A stretch of DNA of 63,616 nucleotides, the filler included, from Chiloscyllium plagiosum (lineage: Eukaryota): the NCBI RefSeq assembly GCF_004010195.1. It is 5 parts of one record of this genome, joined end to end, with 100 filler letters (N's around TTAATTAATTAA, not from the genome) between each part and the next. Parts side by side here need not be neighbours in the genome. Positions count along the whole stretch, not along the records: positions 42,062 to 59,398 come from NC_057714.1; positions 59,499 to 63,616 come from NC_057714.1; 3 more parts are not named here. The stretch is one strand, 5' to 3'. The translations under genes and the position numbers were made by a program. The number at the start of each line of letters is the position of its first letter. Position 1 is the stretch's first letter. Under the pieces are notes generated by a model. The model ran no database searches, was not told the origin of the DNA, and saw only the letters and a program-made list of their open reading frames with translations. Positions 48,802 through 61,598 of the stretch are shown piece by piece.

Positions 48802-50254
48802 GAAACTGAATAAAGATTTGTGCACCTTGTGTCTTTCTCTGTGTCTCACACCTGCACACACACAACCTGGGTGCAGGGGAAAAATAAGCACTACCACAAG
48901 TAGGCGGTAATGTGGGGGTAAAATTAAAGGGAACAGAAAACAAAGAAAAAAAAGATACACTGAGGGAAGCAGGACGGGCTGCCCTGGAGGTGGTCGGAAG
49001 GTGTGTCAGGGTGGACTGAGAACTGACAGGGGCATGGGGTGGACCGAGAGCCGGAAGGGGTGCAGGGGCGGGCTGCCTTAGAGTAGCCGGAAGGTGGGAG
49101 GGACAGGGGGCTTGCTGGGTTGTTGGGGGTCTATATTTTATGCACTTTTTAATGTAATTGGACTGTCTTATATGTACTTACTGTTTTGTAATGATTGAAA
49201 CTGGGATTTGAGGTTTGTCCTCATTTCCCTGAAAACTGATTGAAGGCTGGGGTTTGGGGCTTGGCTTTGCCATTCCTCTCCCTTGTAGAATTGCTGTTTC
49301 TCTAGATAATTGTTTTGAAAAATGTGTATTGTTGAATAAAATTTTAAAAATACACTGTGAGCATTAAGTGAAGGAGAGAACTCAAAGCAATCTGGAATTA
49401 AGAGTCTAATGATGACCATGAAACCATTGTTGATTGTCAGAATAACCCACCTGGTTCACAAATGTCCCTCAGGGAATGAAGCTGCCATCCTTACCTGGTC
49501 TGGGCTACGGGCAGCACACTGGGACTCACAGCGCCAGGGATCTGGGTTCGATTCCCCCCTCCACCAACTGTCCGTGTAGAGTCTGCACATTCCGAGTACC
49601 CCCCGGGTCCTCCTCTCAAAGTCCAATGAGGTGCAGGCTTGGCTGGGTTGGCCGCGGGAAATGCAGTGGTCCAGGGATGGGGTTGGGGGGTGAATAGCGG
49701 TTGGTCTGGGTGGGAGGGTCAATATGGGCCTGTTTCCACACTGCAGGGATTCTAGGATATGAAATTGAGCCTCCTTGAGAAACTCTGTGAAATGCTAAGA
49801 ATTGCCCCGGGTTGGTGGGTAGCCATGGCTGTGAAAAAAAAACCCATGTCGAGTTATGGGTATAGTTGGGACGCACTTCAGAGGGTCGGTGCAGACTGGG
49901 GATGGGCTGAATGGCCTCCTTCTGCACCGTAGGGATTCTCTGACTCTATATATGACTCCAGACCCACAGCAAAGGCTCTTAACTGCCCTCTGGGCAATTA
50001 TGTGTAATGAACACTGGCTCCACCAGCGATGGCCACTTCCCACAAATGAAAAAGGGATAAAGACGTGGTTTCCTCCTGGTTTGTTTCGGAATGTCCCAAA
50101 GCTGGGGTGATGTTTCAGCTGGGGGGGTGCGGGGGTGAATGATTGAGCTGCTCAGATCATTACAACGATGATTCGCAATGTCATCCCAGGATAACTGTGC
50201 TGACTGACTGCCTGGAGATGACCCACTTGTTGGTCAATCAACAGTCGCGAGTGC

Positions 50255-50338
50255 GGGTGCTGGAAAAGCACAGCAGGACAGGCAGCATCCGAGGAGCAGG
50301 AGAGTCAACGTTTCGGGCATAAGCCCTTCATCAGGAAT
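50255..50338 (-). mobile_element. PLE terminal fragment with hammerhead core (50307-50334)
   Basis: Minus strand CTGATGA-AGGGC-TTAT-GCCC-GAAACGTT. Confidence 0.7.
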
Positions 50339-51136
50339 TACATGCAACAGCCAAGTACATCAACACAGAGAATGTTTAATGAATTTCAGCACATCATCTC
50401 ATCACCATTAAAAAAACTCTAATATGTACATCTATGCACATTGATTATGTCCCATCCCCTTGTAAACAGCAAATAACTAACAGCTTAAAAAAGTTCCCGA
50501 TAGTTAAGAATATCACAACGACAGAGTTCACGGTGGTCTTCATTACCCTGAGAGTCACCATTTCCTTCAGGAGTAATCAGGACCACTGTCCACATCACAG
50601 AACAATATCATTACCATGAGTATCAATCTATATAGCCTCTTTTAATTGCCAATTCTCTGCCCATCACAAAGAGCACCTCACAGAGTTGGTGGTTTCCCAT
50701 TGAGTGTACAGCACAGTTCCACTCACATTGCCTGTCTTTGAAAAAAAACATTCTGATTGGATGCCCCGCCCGCCCATAGCTTTTCCCTTTCCAATCTGTC
50801 GGGTTCCTTCCTGAAATTTGCTCTCGGGTTCCTGACCTTCATGAACTCGAGGTTCACCGAAACTCTGCTGCCCGTGTTTGAATGCACAGCAAGGCCTGGA
50901 CTCTTCCATTGCATACAGAGATGTGGATAGATGTGGGCCCCCAGTCAAACCATGACTTACTCATAAAACCCTTGCCCTTCTCTTCATCCTTATCTAGGAA
51001 ATCACAACCTGTCCCATAACCCTCGGAGACATCGAAACGGCCTTAAACCTGGCTTCTTATTTCTGATTTTGGTTGCTATGCCATTAGTGGCTGTGCTACC
51101 CAGAATTCCCTCGCTTCCTTTACAATACACTCTTAA

Positions 51137-51460
51137 CGGTGGCACAGTGGTTAGCGCTGCTGCCTCACTGCGCCAGGGACTCGGGTTCAATTCCCACCTC
51201 GGGCGACTGACTGTGTGGAGTTTGCACATTCTCCCCGTGTCTCCCCGGTTTCCTCCGGGTGCTCCGGTTTCCTCCCACAATCCAAAAAAAACGTGCAGGT
51301 TAGGTGAATTGGCCATGCTAAATTGCCCGTAATGTTAGGGTAAAGGGGTAAATGTAGGAGGATTGGTCTGGGTGGGTTACGCTTCGGCAGGTTGGTGTGG
51401 ACTTGTTGGGCCGAAGGGCCTGTTTCCACACTGTAAGTAATTTAATCTAATCTAATCTAA
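51137..51460 (+). mobile_element. Full-length HE1-type SINE
   Basis: GGTGGCACAGTGGTTAGC A-box, GGGTTCAATTCCC B-box, HE1 body, (TAATC)n tail. Confidence 0.9.
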
Positions 51461-51545
51461 TGTGCTTGCCTAATGTCTCCTTGCATGGCTCGCTATCATA
51501 CCTTGTTTCATAATGTCTCTATGAAGCACCTTGGGATACACAATG

Positions 51546-51880
51546 ACCTTTGTTATTATCACTGGACTGTTAATCTAGAGACTCAGGCAATGTTCTGGGA
51601 ACTGGGGTTCAAATCCTGCCACAGTAGACACTGGAATTGGAATTCAATAAAAATCTGGAATTAAGGATCTCACGATGACCATGAATCCGTTGTCGGAAAA
51701 ACCCATCTGGTTCACTCATGTCCTTGAGGGATGGAAACTGCCATCTTTACCTGGTCTGGCCTACATGTGACTCCAGACCCACAGCAATGGGGTTGGCACT
51801 AACTGCCCTCTGGGTAATTAGGGATGGGGCAATAAATGCTGGGTCTAGCCAGCGATGTCCTCATCCTGTGAGCAAATCAA
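51546..51880 (+). mobile_element. tRNA-derived SINE sharing the L2-like 3' tail
   Basis: GGGTTCAAATCC B-box; body also present at 44910-45120 and 49385-49505; tail GGGCAATAAATGCTGG. Confidence 0.6.
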
Positions 51881-52534
51881 AAAGATTCTCAGTACTTGCA
51901 AGGATTTTCTCAGGATTCAAAAGTCAATTCCTGCAGCTCAATTTAGAGCATTGTTAGACCAACAGCAGAACATATGCCTTGGGTTAAAGGTGAGAGGGGA
52001 AAGATTTAAAAGTCACTTAAGGGGCAACTGGGGATGGCCAATAAATAAATGCTGGCCTAGCCAGTGACATCCTCATCTTATGAATCAATAATAAAAGAAA
52101 ATGTCATTGTCTGAAAGGCACAATAGAAACACAAAGTTGGTTTGGCTGCTGTTGTTGAACTTATATCCACTGCCTGGTTTAGAAAATGTGATTTCATAAG
52201 AACTCCCTGTGCAAACATTTCGCCTCCACAACACCCTTTCCCTCCCCCTCTCTCTTGGACAACTATCTGAAATTTCTACTGAACACGCTGCTATTTAAAT
52301 TCAACTTGAAATTTCAATGTCATCATTCCGAGATATACAATTCAATCCTGATAAGTTTAGTGGTTTGAGGTTTCTTGCCGTGCAGTGGTAATGTGCTGGT
52401 CTCTGAGCCAGGAGACCGGTTTCAAGTCTCCCCTGTTCCTGAGTTGGGTCAACACCATACTGAGTAGGCCAATCAGAACCTATCCATCTGGTGGCGTGTG
52501 GGCCTCTATCTGAACAGGAGGGTGAGAATGTTTA

Positions 52535-52764
52535 GAGTGTGGCGCTGGAAAAGCACAGCTGGTCAGGCAGCGTCCGAGGAACAGGAGAATCGACATTTTG
52601 GGCGTAAGCCCTTCATCAGGACATTCATACACCATTCCTGATGAAGGGCCTATGCCCAAAATGTTAATTCTCCTGCTCCTCAAATGCTACCTGACCTGCT
52701 GTGCTTTTCCAGCACCACTCCCTTGACTCTGATCTCCAGCATCTGCAGTCCTCACTCTCTCCTC
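52535..52764. mobile_element. Fold-back PLE-derived element with degenerate hammerhead cores
   Basis: GCCCTTCATCAGG...CCTGATGAAGGGC inverted arms. Confidence 0.7.
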
Positions 52765-55700
52765 GGAGTGTGAAATGTGCCCAAATGTACCCCTGGGTTA
52801 AGTTAGGGGGTGTGGGCGAGGAAACTAAGGAATCCTTCATTCTTCCCTTCACAAGGCTTCAACACTACAGAAGGTGCTGTTAATAACCTCCTCCCAAGTT
52901 CCCTACCTCATCAAACCTACAGCCTTAGAAAACTCATACTTGTTGTCACCTAACCATACATGATCCCACCTCATTGTAATCTTGATGGTCTGTTACCTGG
53001 CCTATTCAGTGGATGGTTCAGTTCTAAAGTGATCATATTTCATACGAACGCAAGAGAGAGGACATAAATGAGGCCATTCAGCCCCCCAAGCCATCCATTC
53101 CACATTTTTGCAAGATCACTGATGATTGTCTCCCTTCGCTGGGTCCGAATCCTGGAATTCCCTCCCTCAGGGCATTGTGGGTCTACCCTACAGCAGGCGG
53201 ACTGCAGCGTTTCAAGAAAGCAGCTCACCCCCACCTTCTCAAGGGGGCAACTAGGGACGGCTGACAAATTCTGGCCCCTAGCCAGCGACGTCCACGTCTC
53301 GTGAATGCGAGAGAAAAAAAATAAGTCCTGTCTTGGCATCATCTTGCTGCCCTCTCTCTCCCATCTCTTAAAAATCTACCAGTATCACTCTTCAAAAGCT
53401 GAGCTTGGTGGGAATGGGAATTGGAAAGACTTGGAGAAACCGGCCCTTGCCTTGTCCCAAAATGGCTGACCCCTAATCCTGGGACTGCAAGCCCAAGCTC
53501 TAGACTGTCCAGACACAGGAAGCAGTCTCTCAGCATCCACCCCGTCAATCTCTCTGGCCTTTGGTGTTCTTTTTTCACTCAATAATCAATGCAACAGATC
53601 ACCTCTGGTACATAATCCACCCCCATTAATGCCTGCCCACTCATTCCAAGGCATCATTTGGCTTCATAGATTGATAACACTTTGAGAGTCACATTTACAT
53701 CATTAGCATGGCTAACACACTGAGAATAGTTAAGGGCTAATAAACAGGCTCTACATACACATTACATTTAATCACTTCAGCTCATGTTGGCTTTTCTGTA
53801 AAGAGACTGGATTTCACATTGAATAACCACTGCAACACTTACGTATTTGTGTTATAAACTTTCAGGTGTAAAAAAATAACTTTGTTACTCAGACCTTAGG
53901 ACCAAGAGAAAGGACAGGACACCAACAGCCATGTGATGAGTAGGATTCCGAATAACTCATCCTCTGAAGACGGTTTCTGTCTGGACCCGAGTTTGTACAA
54001 AATCTCAAACTGATTGTCAAGAAGGACAGAGAGAGGGGATTCACAAGTGAGTGCTTCCCATTAATATTCCCCCTTTGGGGTCTGGGCGACCCATCAACGT
54101 TCAGGGCCAGATTTGTCACCACCTGTCCTTGCCCCCTCCCCCACCCCAATTAAATGCTGCCAACTTCATAGAGAGTGCCATGTCCAGTCACTCGGATGTC
54201 ACGTTGGGGTGACTGCAACCCAGAGGAGAAAGAGGGTAGACTGGCCTTGCTGTCGTGACAATTGACCTCATACTCCACAACTTAGCCTTAATAAGTTTGG
54301 TAAGGACAGAGGATTGAATATAAAGCTGCAGCTGACCATTGGTTCATGGGCATTCTGGGTTAATACTGAAATGAAGCACCTCTCTGAATGAAGGGCAAGA
54401 CATGAGGAAGCTCAGAGAGACAAAGGGACCTTGGGGTGCTGGTCCACAGATCCCTGAAGGTGTGGCATTGACTGTCAGAGCTGGGAGGGTATGTTGGGGC
54501 TGTACAGGACTCTGGTGTGGCTGCGGCTGGAGGACTGTGTGCAGTTCTGGTCCCCACACTGTCGGAAGGATGTGAGTGCACTGGGGGTGGGGGGTGGGTA
54601 CAGGGGAGATTCACCAGGATGCTGCCTGGGATGGAGCATTTCAGCGATGAACAGAGGCTGGATAAGCTTGGGATGTTTTCTACAGAGCAGGGAAGGTTGA
54701 GGAGGGGGGACCTGGTAGAGAGGTGTGCAAGATCATGAGTGGCTTGGACAGGGTGGATAGAAAGCAGCTTAGTTGAGGACGGGGGTTATAATTTTAACAT
54801 GAAAGGTAGGAGGTTAAGAAGGAGAAAGCTTCTCACCCAGAGGGTGGAATGCACGGCCTGGGAGGGGAGTTGGGGAGGGAAACCGCACAACAAGTACTTG
54901 AGATGAGCACTTGAAGTGTCAAAACATTCACGGCTATATGCTTAATGTGGGAAAGTGGGGCTAGTGCAGGCAGGCGCGTACGTTTGGTGGGACAGACTCA
55001 TAGCCTGAAGAGCCTCCCCTGGCCTGTAGGATCCTATGATCCCCATTAACACTGGTAGGATTCTAAGGGATCAATTCTGACCAAACTCACTCAACGGGGC
55101 TTTGGCAAAAATTGGGCTCACTACTAGCATTAGCCTCCTGCCCACTTTCCCCTTAATTACAGATGGTGTTATAGAGTCAAAGAGGCCTATAGCACAGAGA
55201 AAGGACCTTTGGCCCATCAAGTATGTGCTGGTCAAAAGCAACCACTTAACTATTCAAATCCCAATGTCCCATGGTCTCCTACCCTTTGGATTAGCAAGTG
55301 CCCATCTAAGTACTTCAAGTCATAGAGTCAGAGAGATGTACAGCACGGAAACAGACCCTTCAATCCAACTTGTCCGTGCTGACCCTACTTCTTAAATATT
55401 GTGAGGATTTCTGCCTCTACCCCCTTTACAGGCAGTGAGCACTAAACCCATCGAGTCATAGAGTCAGATGGGATGGAAACAGACCCTTCGGCCCAACTCT
55501 TCCATGCCGACCAGATATCCCAACCCAATCTAGTCCCATTTGCCAGCACTTGGCCCATATCCCTCCAAACCCTTCCTGTTCTTATACCCATCCAGGTGCT
55601 TTTCAAATGCTGTCCTCTACCATTTCCTCTTGTAGCTCATTCCATGCACATACCACCTTCTGTGTGCCCCTTCGGTCCCTTTTAAACCTCCCCCCCTTTC

Positions 55701-56563
55701 ACCTTAAACCGATGCCCCTCTAGTTCTGGACATCCCTACCCTGTGGGGAACAAAAAGAGACTTTGACTATTCACCCTATCCAGGCTCCTCATGGATGAGG
55801 CTAAAAATGGTCAGATTCCCGAGGTTCAGTTGCAGAGAAATCTGACGTTTAATTTGAAGACAGTCCTTCATGGATTTATTTGAAGGGATGTACTTCACCA
55901 GAATAAGCATAGAGGGAGGGGAAAGACAAAAAAATGCTCTTGTTCCATCAGAAGATAAATTTAGAGGACCATCCTGAATCACTCACTTTCAGCTGACCTT
56001 TTAAAGAAAACAGACTTGGTTTGCCATAATCACCAGAGATTTATCTCCCAGGTTCCATTTAGAGAACTTTGGCAGCAGATTGGAGACAGCTTAAAAAGTT
56101 AAAGAAAACCTTGCATGTTCTGACTAAACAGTATTATTCATAAGGTAGCACTGTTTATACAATGAAATGCTAAGTGCTAACTGTGTAATGAGTCACTGGG
56201 CGGCAAACACCGTGTCGAAAGCCTCTTTAGTAACTGTCTTTTTATTATCCAGATAAAAAGCCCTTCTTATTTCTGCTGGGCTCATCAGAAAGTTGCATTT
56301 ACTTGTATTAAACATTTATGGGAGGGCTTTTGCCTGTTCAGACAGAGAGTTAAGGCTCAGACTGCTAGAGATTTGGGACTGGGTTTCCCCTCAACAGGGT
56401 GGGAGACAGAGTCGGCGTCCATTCCCAGAAGTTAAATCTTATCCCCATGGTTATCCAGCTGTCCACATGCTATCTAACAGGATGCCATCTTGGGGCTTAT
56501 CTGATGTTACCTCGGAAGTGCAAGGTTCCACATACAAATCCCACGTGAAGGGAGGCACCAGTG

Positions 56564-57100
56564 CAGTGCTGAGGGAGAACCACACTGTCGGAGTGTCAGT
56601 GCTGAGGGAGTGTTGCACTGTCAGAGGGTCAGTACTGAGGGCGTGCCGCACTGTCAGAGAGTCAGTACTGAGGGAGTGTGGCACTGTCGGAGGGTCAGTA
56701 CTGAGGGAGTGTGGCACTGTTGGAGGGTCAGTACTGAGGAAGTGTGGCACTGTTGGAGGGTCAGTACTGAGGGAGTACCGCACTGTCAAAGGGTCAGTAT
56801 TGAGGGAGTACCGCACTGTCGGACGGTCAGTACTGAGGGAGCACCGCACTGTCGGAGGGTCAGTATTGAGGGAGTGCTGCACTGTCAAAGGGTCAGTATT
56901 GAGGGAGTGTCGCACTGTCAGAAGATCAGTACTGAGGGAGCGTCGCACTGTCAAAGGGTCAGCATTGAGGGAGTGTCGCACTGTCAGAAGATCAGTACTG
57001 AGGGAGCGTCGCACTGTCAAAGGGTCAGTATTGAGGGAGTACTGCACTGTCGGAGGGTCAGTATTGAGGGAGTACCGCACTGTCAGAGATGCCATCTTTC
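56564..57100 (+). repeat. 33-bp minisatellite (about 16 copies) derived from a Deu-domain-type SINE
   Basis: Unit CAGTACTGAGGGAGTGNNGCACTGTCGGAGGGT ending in GATGCCATCTTTC; a single-copy version is at about 58180-58227. Confidence 0.85.
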
Positions 57101-57645
57101 AGTTGTACCAGGGTGTGCCAACTGTAAGGCGCACTGCAACATCTTGCCAAAGATCCTCAGACAGCACCTTCCAAACCCATGACCACTTCCATCAAGAAGG
57201 CCAAGGGCAGCAGATACATGGGAACACCACCCCCTGCAAGTTCCCCTCCAAGCCACTCACCATTCCAACTTGGAAACATATCGTGGTTCCTTCATTGTCG
57301 CTGGGTCAAAATCCTGGAATTCCCTCCCTCAGGGCATTGTGGGTCAACCCACAGCAGGTGGACAGCAGCGATTGAAGAAGGCAGCTCACCCCCACCTTCT
57401 CAAGGGGGCAACTAGGGACGGGTAATAAATGCTGGGCCCAGCCAGCAATGCCCACATCCCACGAGTGAATGAATAACGAAAAACCTGAAGGGCCTCTCTG
57501 CCCACTTTGGCGATGTAACAGATTCTGAGGCTATGACTATCTTGAAAAATAGTATCGCTCAATGAACATTTCTTGAAATTTCATTATCTGGGTCTTGATC
57601 ACATCGATAACTACACCTATAAATGTTGGCAGGACACAGATATGT

Positions 57646-58112
57646 GTGACACTGACACACACAGACACACACAGACAGACACACACAGACACACACAGAT
57701 ACACACACACATAGACACACTGTAACACACACAGATAGACAGACAGACACACACACATGCACACAGATACATACACTCACACACAGATACACACATACAC
57801 ACATACAACATACTCACACACATAGACACACGTACACACAGACATGCACACACACAGACACACGCATAGACACATACTCACACACATAGACACACGTACA
57901 CACAGACATGCACACACACAGACACGCAGAGAGACACATACTCACACACATAGACACACGTACACACAGACATGCACACACACAGACACACGCATAGACA
58001 CATACTCACACACATAGACACACGCGCACATTCACACACACAAGCACACACGCGCACCCAGAGTCACACACACACGCACACACAGACACACACACGCACA
58101 TACACAGACAGA
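57646..58112. repeat. Imperfect (CA)n microsatellite with higher-order repeats
   Basis: CA-rich tract with repeated CATAGACACACGTACACACAGACATG blocks. Confidence 0.95.
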
Positions 58113-58174
58113 TACTGGGTTGGTCCTACAAGAGGCTAAAATTCCAATTCTATTTAAGCAAGATCGAGTCCGTC

Positions 58175-58360
58175 TCTCCAGTGCTATGCTGTGGCAGTGC
58201 TGCACTGTCAGAGGTGCCATCTTTCAGGCACTTTACGAAACAATCTGCTGTGTGGGCTGGCTGTTAAAACATCCCAGGACAATACCTTAAAGAGAAGGAC
58301 CGGCCTTCTCTCTGGCGTCCTGTTCAATAGCCACCCGTCTCCCAACAACACATCCATCAC
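58175..58360 (+). mobile_element. Degraded DeuSINE-like (AmnSINE1/SacSINE1-type) element
   Basis: GTGCTGCACTGTCAGAGGTGCCATCTTTC...TTAAAACATCCCAGGAC...GGCGTCCTG; resembles the Deu domain as recalled. Confidence 0.5.
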
Positions 58361-58537
58361 TTTGCTCTTTGCTATCCTCTAATTCGCCGTCACATCTCCT
58401 CCAGGCCAACACCGAAAACAATTCAAAAGAAAAACAAAAGCAGGAATGCTTTGGCGAGAGTATAGGGGAAGCTTTTCCAGCACCACTCTAATCCAGAATC
58501 TGGTTTCCAGCATCTGCAGTCACTGTTTTTACCAATA

Positions 58538-59010
58538 TAGAGAAGATTTACCAGGACCTTGCCTGGAATGGGGGATTTTAGTTATGAAGAAAGGTTTCAT
58601 AGACTGGGTTTCACTTGAACGCAGGAGGTTGAGGGGCGACCTGAGAGAAGTTTATAAGATTGTGAACGGCATGGATAGACTGGGGAGTAAGAGATTTTTT
58701 TCCCAGGTTGAAGGGATCAATTACTAAGGGGTGCAGGTTCAAGGTGCAGGGAGGGACACTTAAAAGAGATGCATAAGGCAGGTTTTTCACACCATGAGTG
58801 GTGAGTGCGTAGAACACACTGCCAGAGGAAGTGGTGGAAGCAGATACAATAGCAACATTTAAGAAGCACCTGGATGAATACATGAATGGGAAGGGAATAG
58901 AGGGATACGGATCCTTTCAGGGAAGATAGTTTTATAATGGAAGGGCAAAATGTGTCAGCCCAGGCCTAGAGGGCTGAAGGGCCTGATTCTCTGCTGTATT
59001 GTTCTTTGTT
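58538..59010 (+). mobile_element. CR1 3' fragment
   Basis: SLERRRLRGDLREVYKIVNGMDR. Confidence 0.85.
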
Positions 59011-59398
59011 CAAAAACATTGCGGATGCTGGGAGTAAAAACAGCAGTACTGGAGACCCTCAGCATTTACAGCGAGAGAAACAGAATTCACATTCCAAGTC
59101 CAGCATCACTGTCATGCAGAACTGAACGTTAACTCTGTATCACCCTCCACACTGGCTCCCAGCCCCTGATGCAGTTCTCTGGCTCTCTCTGTCTTCATCA
59201 CGGTTCAAAAGGTACCTTGGTGAAATGCTGCAGTTACAAAAGGCTCTCTACAAAGTGGCGCAACCAATGTTTTATAATATATGGCACAGAAATAAACCGC
59301 TGGGCGCCATTACAATCTCCTCACCACTTTTGGTGAAGATAGTTCTTCTGAATTTCCCATTGGATTTTCTTAGTGATGGTCTCCCCCCTCCAACCACC

Positions 59399-59498
59399 NN
59401 NNNNNNNNNNNNNNNNNNNNNNNNNNNNNNNNNNNNNNNNNNTTAATTAATTAANNNNNNNNNNNNNNNNNNNNNNNNNNNNNNNNNNNNNNNNNNNN
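59399..59498. other. Artificial scaffold spacer
   Basis: 44N-TTAATTAATTAA-44N. Confidence 0.95.
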
Positions 59499-60247
59499 CC
59501 CCAGCTGTCCAGGTCAGTGAGGGGCTGGGGTTTTGGGTTGAGGATTGGTTAAGTGGGGCCATTGAGATGATGTGGCTGGAGGTGAGTGTGGCCCCCCTCC
59601 CTGGGGTGGGGTAAGGGTGGGGGTGCTGATGGAAGGGGTTTTGTGTTGCTGTGAGTGTGTGTATGTTTCTCTCCAGTGTCCGGGTTCTCGAAGCAGATTG
59701 TGATGCCATTCCAGTCATTAGCAGCCTGTGATTACTGTCCTGACATGCACTTCTTCATCCTGTATCCTGGGCGACCGAGGTCAGGGTTCAGTGAAGGTCA
59801 GTCACCTGATTTAACAGGCCCCTCACTGGGTATGGGTGGAGACCAAGTGGTGGGGCTGGGGTTAGAGATGGGGTCTGCCAGTGATGGCTGGGCAAGGTGG
59901 GAGGGGCCGAGTGATTGGGGGTTGTGGGAGTGTCCTGTTGGAGAGGAATCTGAGGTGGAGGGGTGGGGGTGCTCTTGGAGAGGGATCGGGGGGGGGTGGA
60001 GGTGGTTCAGGAGGGGTCCGGCTGCTGGGATGTGATGGCTGGTTGAGAAGGCATGGGTGGCAGGCTGGGGTTTGTGATTAAGGCGTCCTCGGGGAGAGGG
60101 TAAGAGTGTGGGAGACCCTCAGGGTTAGCGTCTCCAGAGGAAATGATGGGCGTTCTGCAGGGTTGGGAGTGGGGTATTCCTGCCCTCCCATCAGGTTCTC
60201 TGCTGGCTTGAACTGTGCTTAGTTTCTAATCCCTGCATTCTCTCGAT

Positions 60248-61598
60248 CTGAGTGGCAGATTGAGTTTAATTTAGATAAAGGTGAGGCATTGCATGTTGGA
60301 AAGGCAAACAAACATGTTTGCTGTTCATGGTTGGGTCCTGGGGGGGTGTTACTGAGCAAAGAGACCTTGGGGCTCACATGTATAGTTGCTTGAAACTGGA
60401 GACACAGGTAGACAGGATGGTGATGAAGGTCTTTGGTGTCTTTCCCTTTATTCGTCTGTGCATTGAGGTCATGTTGCATCTGTACAGGACATTGGTTAGG
60501 CCGTTATTAGAATACTGCATTCAGTTCTGATCTCTCTGTTGTAGGAAATGTTAAAGAATTAGAATTAGAATCCCTACAGTGTGGAAACAGGCCCTTCAGC
60601 CCAACAAGTCCACACCGACCCTCTGAAGAGTAATCCACCCTGACCCATTCCCCTAACCATTACTCTATATTTACCCCTGACTATTGCACCTAACCTGCAC
60701 ACCCCTGAACACTACGGGCAATTTAGCATGGCCAATCCACCCTAACCTGCACATCTTTGTACTGTGGCAGGAAACCAGAGCACCCAGAGGAAACCCACCC
60801 AGACACAGGCAAAATGTTCAAACTCCACGCAGACAGTTGCCCGAGGATAGAATTGAACCAGAGGAGTATGAGGCAGCAGTGCTAACCACTGAGCTACTGT
60901 GCCACCCTCAATTTGAAAGGTTTCAGAAAAGATTTACAAAGATGTTGCCAGGGTTGGAGGATTTGAGCTATAGGGAGAGGCTGAACAGGCTGGGGCTGTT
61001 TTCCCTGGAGCGTTGGACGCTGAGGGGTGACCTTATCGAGATTTATAAAATCATGAGGGGCATGGATGGGATACATAGACAAAGTCTTTTCCTTGGGGTG
61101 GGGGAGTCCAGAACTAGAGGGCATAGGTTCAGGGTGAGAGGGGAAAGATATACAAGAGACCTAAGGGGCAACTATCTCACGCGGAGAATGGTACGTGTAT
61201 GGAATGAGCTGCCAGAGGATGTGGTAGAGGCTGGTACAATTGCAACATTTAAGAGGCATTTGGATGGGTATATGAATAGGAAGGGTTTGGAGGGATATGG
61301 GTCGGGTGCTGGCAGGTGGGACTAGATTGGGTTGGGATATCTGGTCAGCTTGGTCGGGTTGGACTGAAGAGTCTGTTTCCATGCTGTACCTCTCTATGAC
61401 CTGGATGAGGGTGTAGAAGGGTGGGTTAGTAAATTTGCAGACGACACGAAGGTCGGTTGAGTTGTGGATAGTGATGAAGGATGTAGTAGGTTGCAGAGCG
61501 ACATAGATAGGATGCAGAGCTGGGCTGAGAGGTGGCAAATAGAGTTTAATGTGGACAAGTGTGAGCTGATACACTTTGGACGGAGTAATCGGAATGCA
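60248..61598 (+). mobile_element. CR1 ORF2 3' part with an HE1 SINE (about 60560-60907, -) inserted, followed by another CR1 RT fragment (KFADD-like near 61430)
   Basis: EQRDLGAHM...LYRTLVRPLLEYCIQF; FQKRFTKMLPGLEDLS; SKFADDTKVG; WAERWQIEFNVDKCE. Confidence 0.85.

Noticed and set aside
51137..51200. tRNA gene
   Set aside because: The A and B boxes belong to an HE1 SINE head followed by SINE body; the tRNA-Ser match at 24428 is likewise only an 18-nt PBS
53866..54052. Possible exon in unique sequence (AG acceptors and a GTGAGT donor)
   Set aside because: Stops in the frames tested and no recognisable similarity to a class B1 GPCR terminal exon
56293..57375. 360-aa ORF as a real protein
   Set aside because: Made of a 33-bp minisatellite plus LINE tail sequence; open in several frames
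59499..60215. G-rich segment as a gene or classified element
   Set aside because: No recognisable motif; probably a repeat, but I could not classify it
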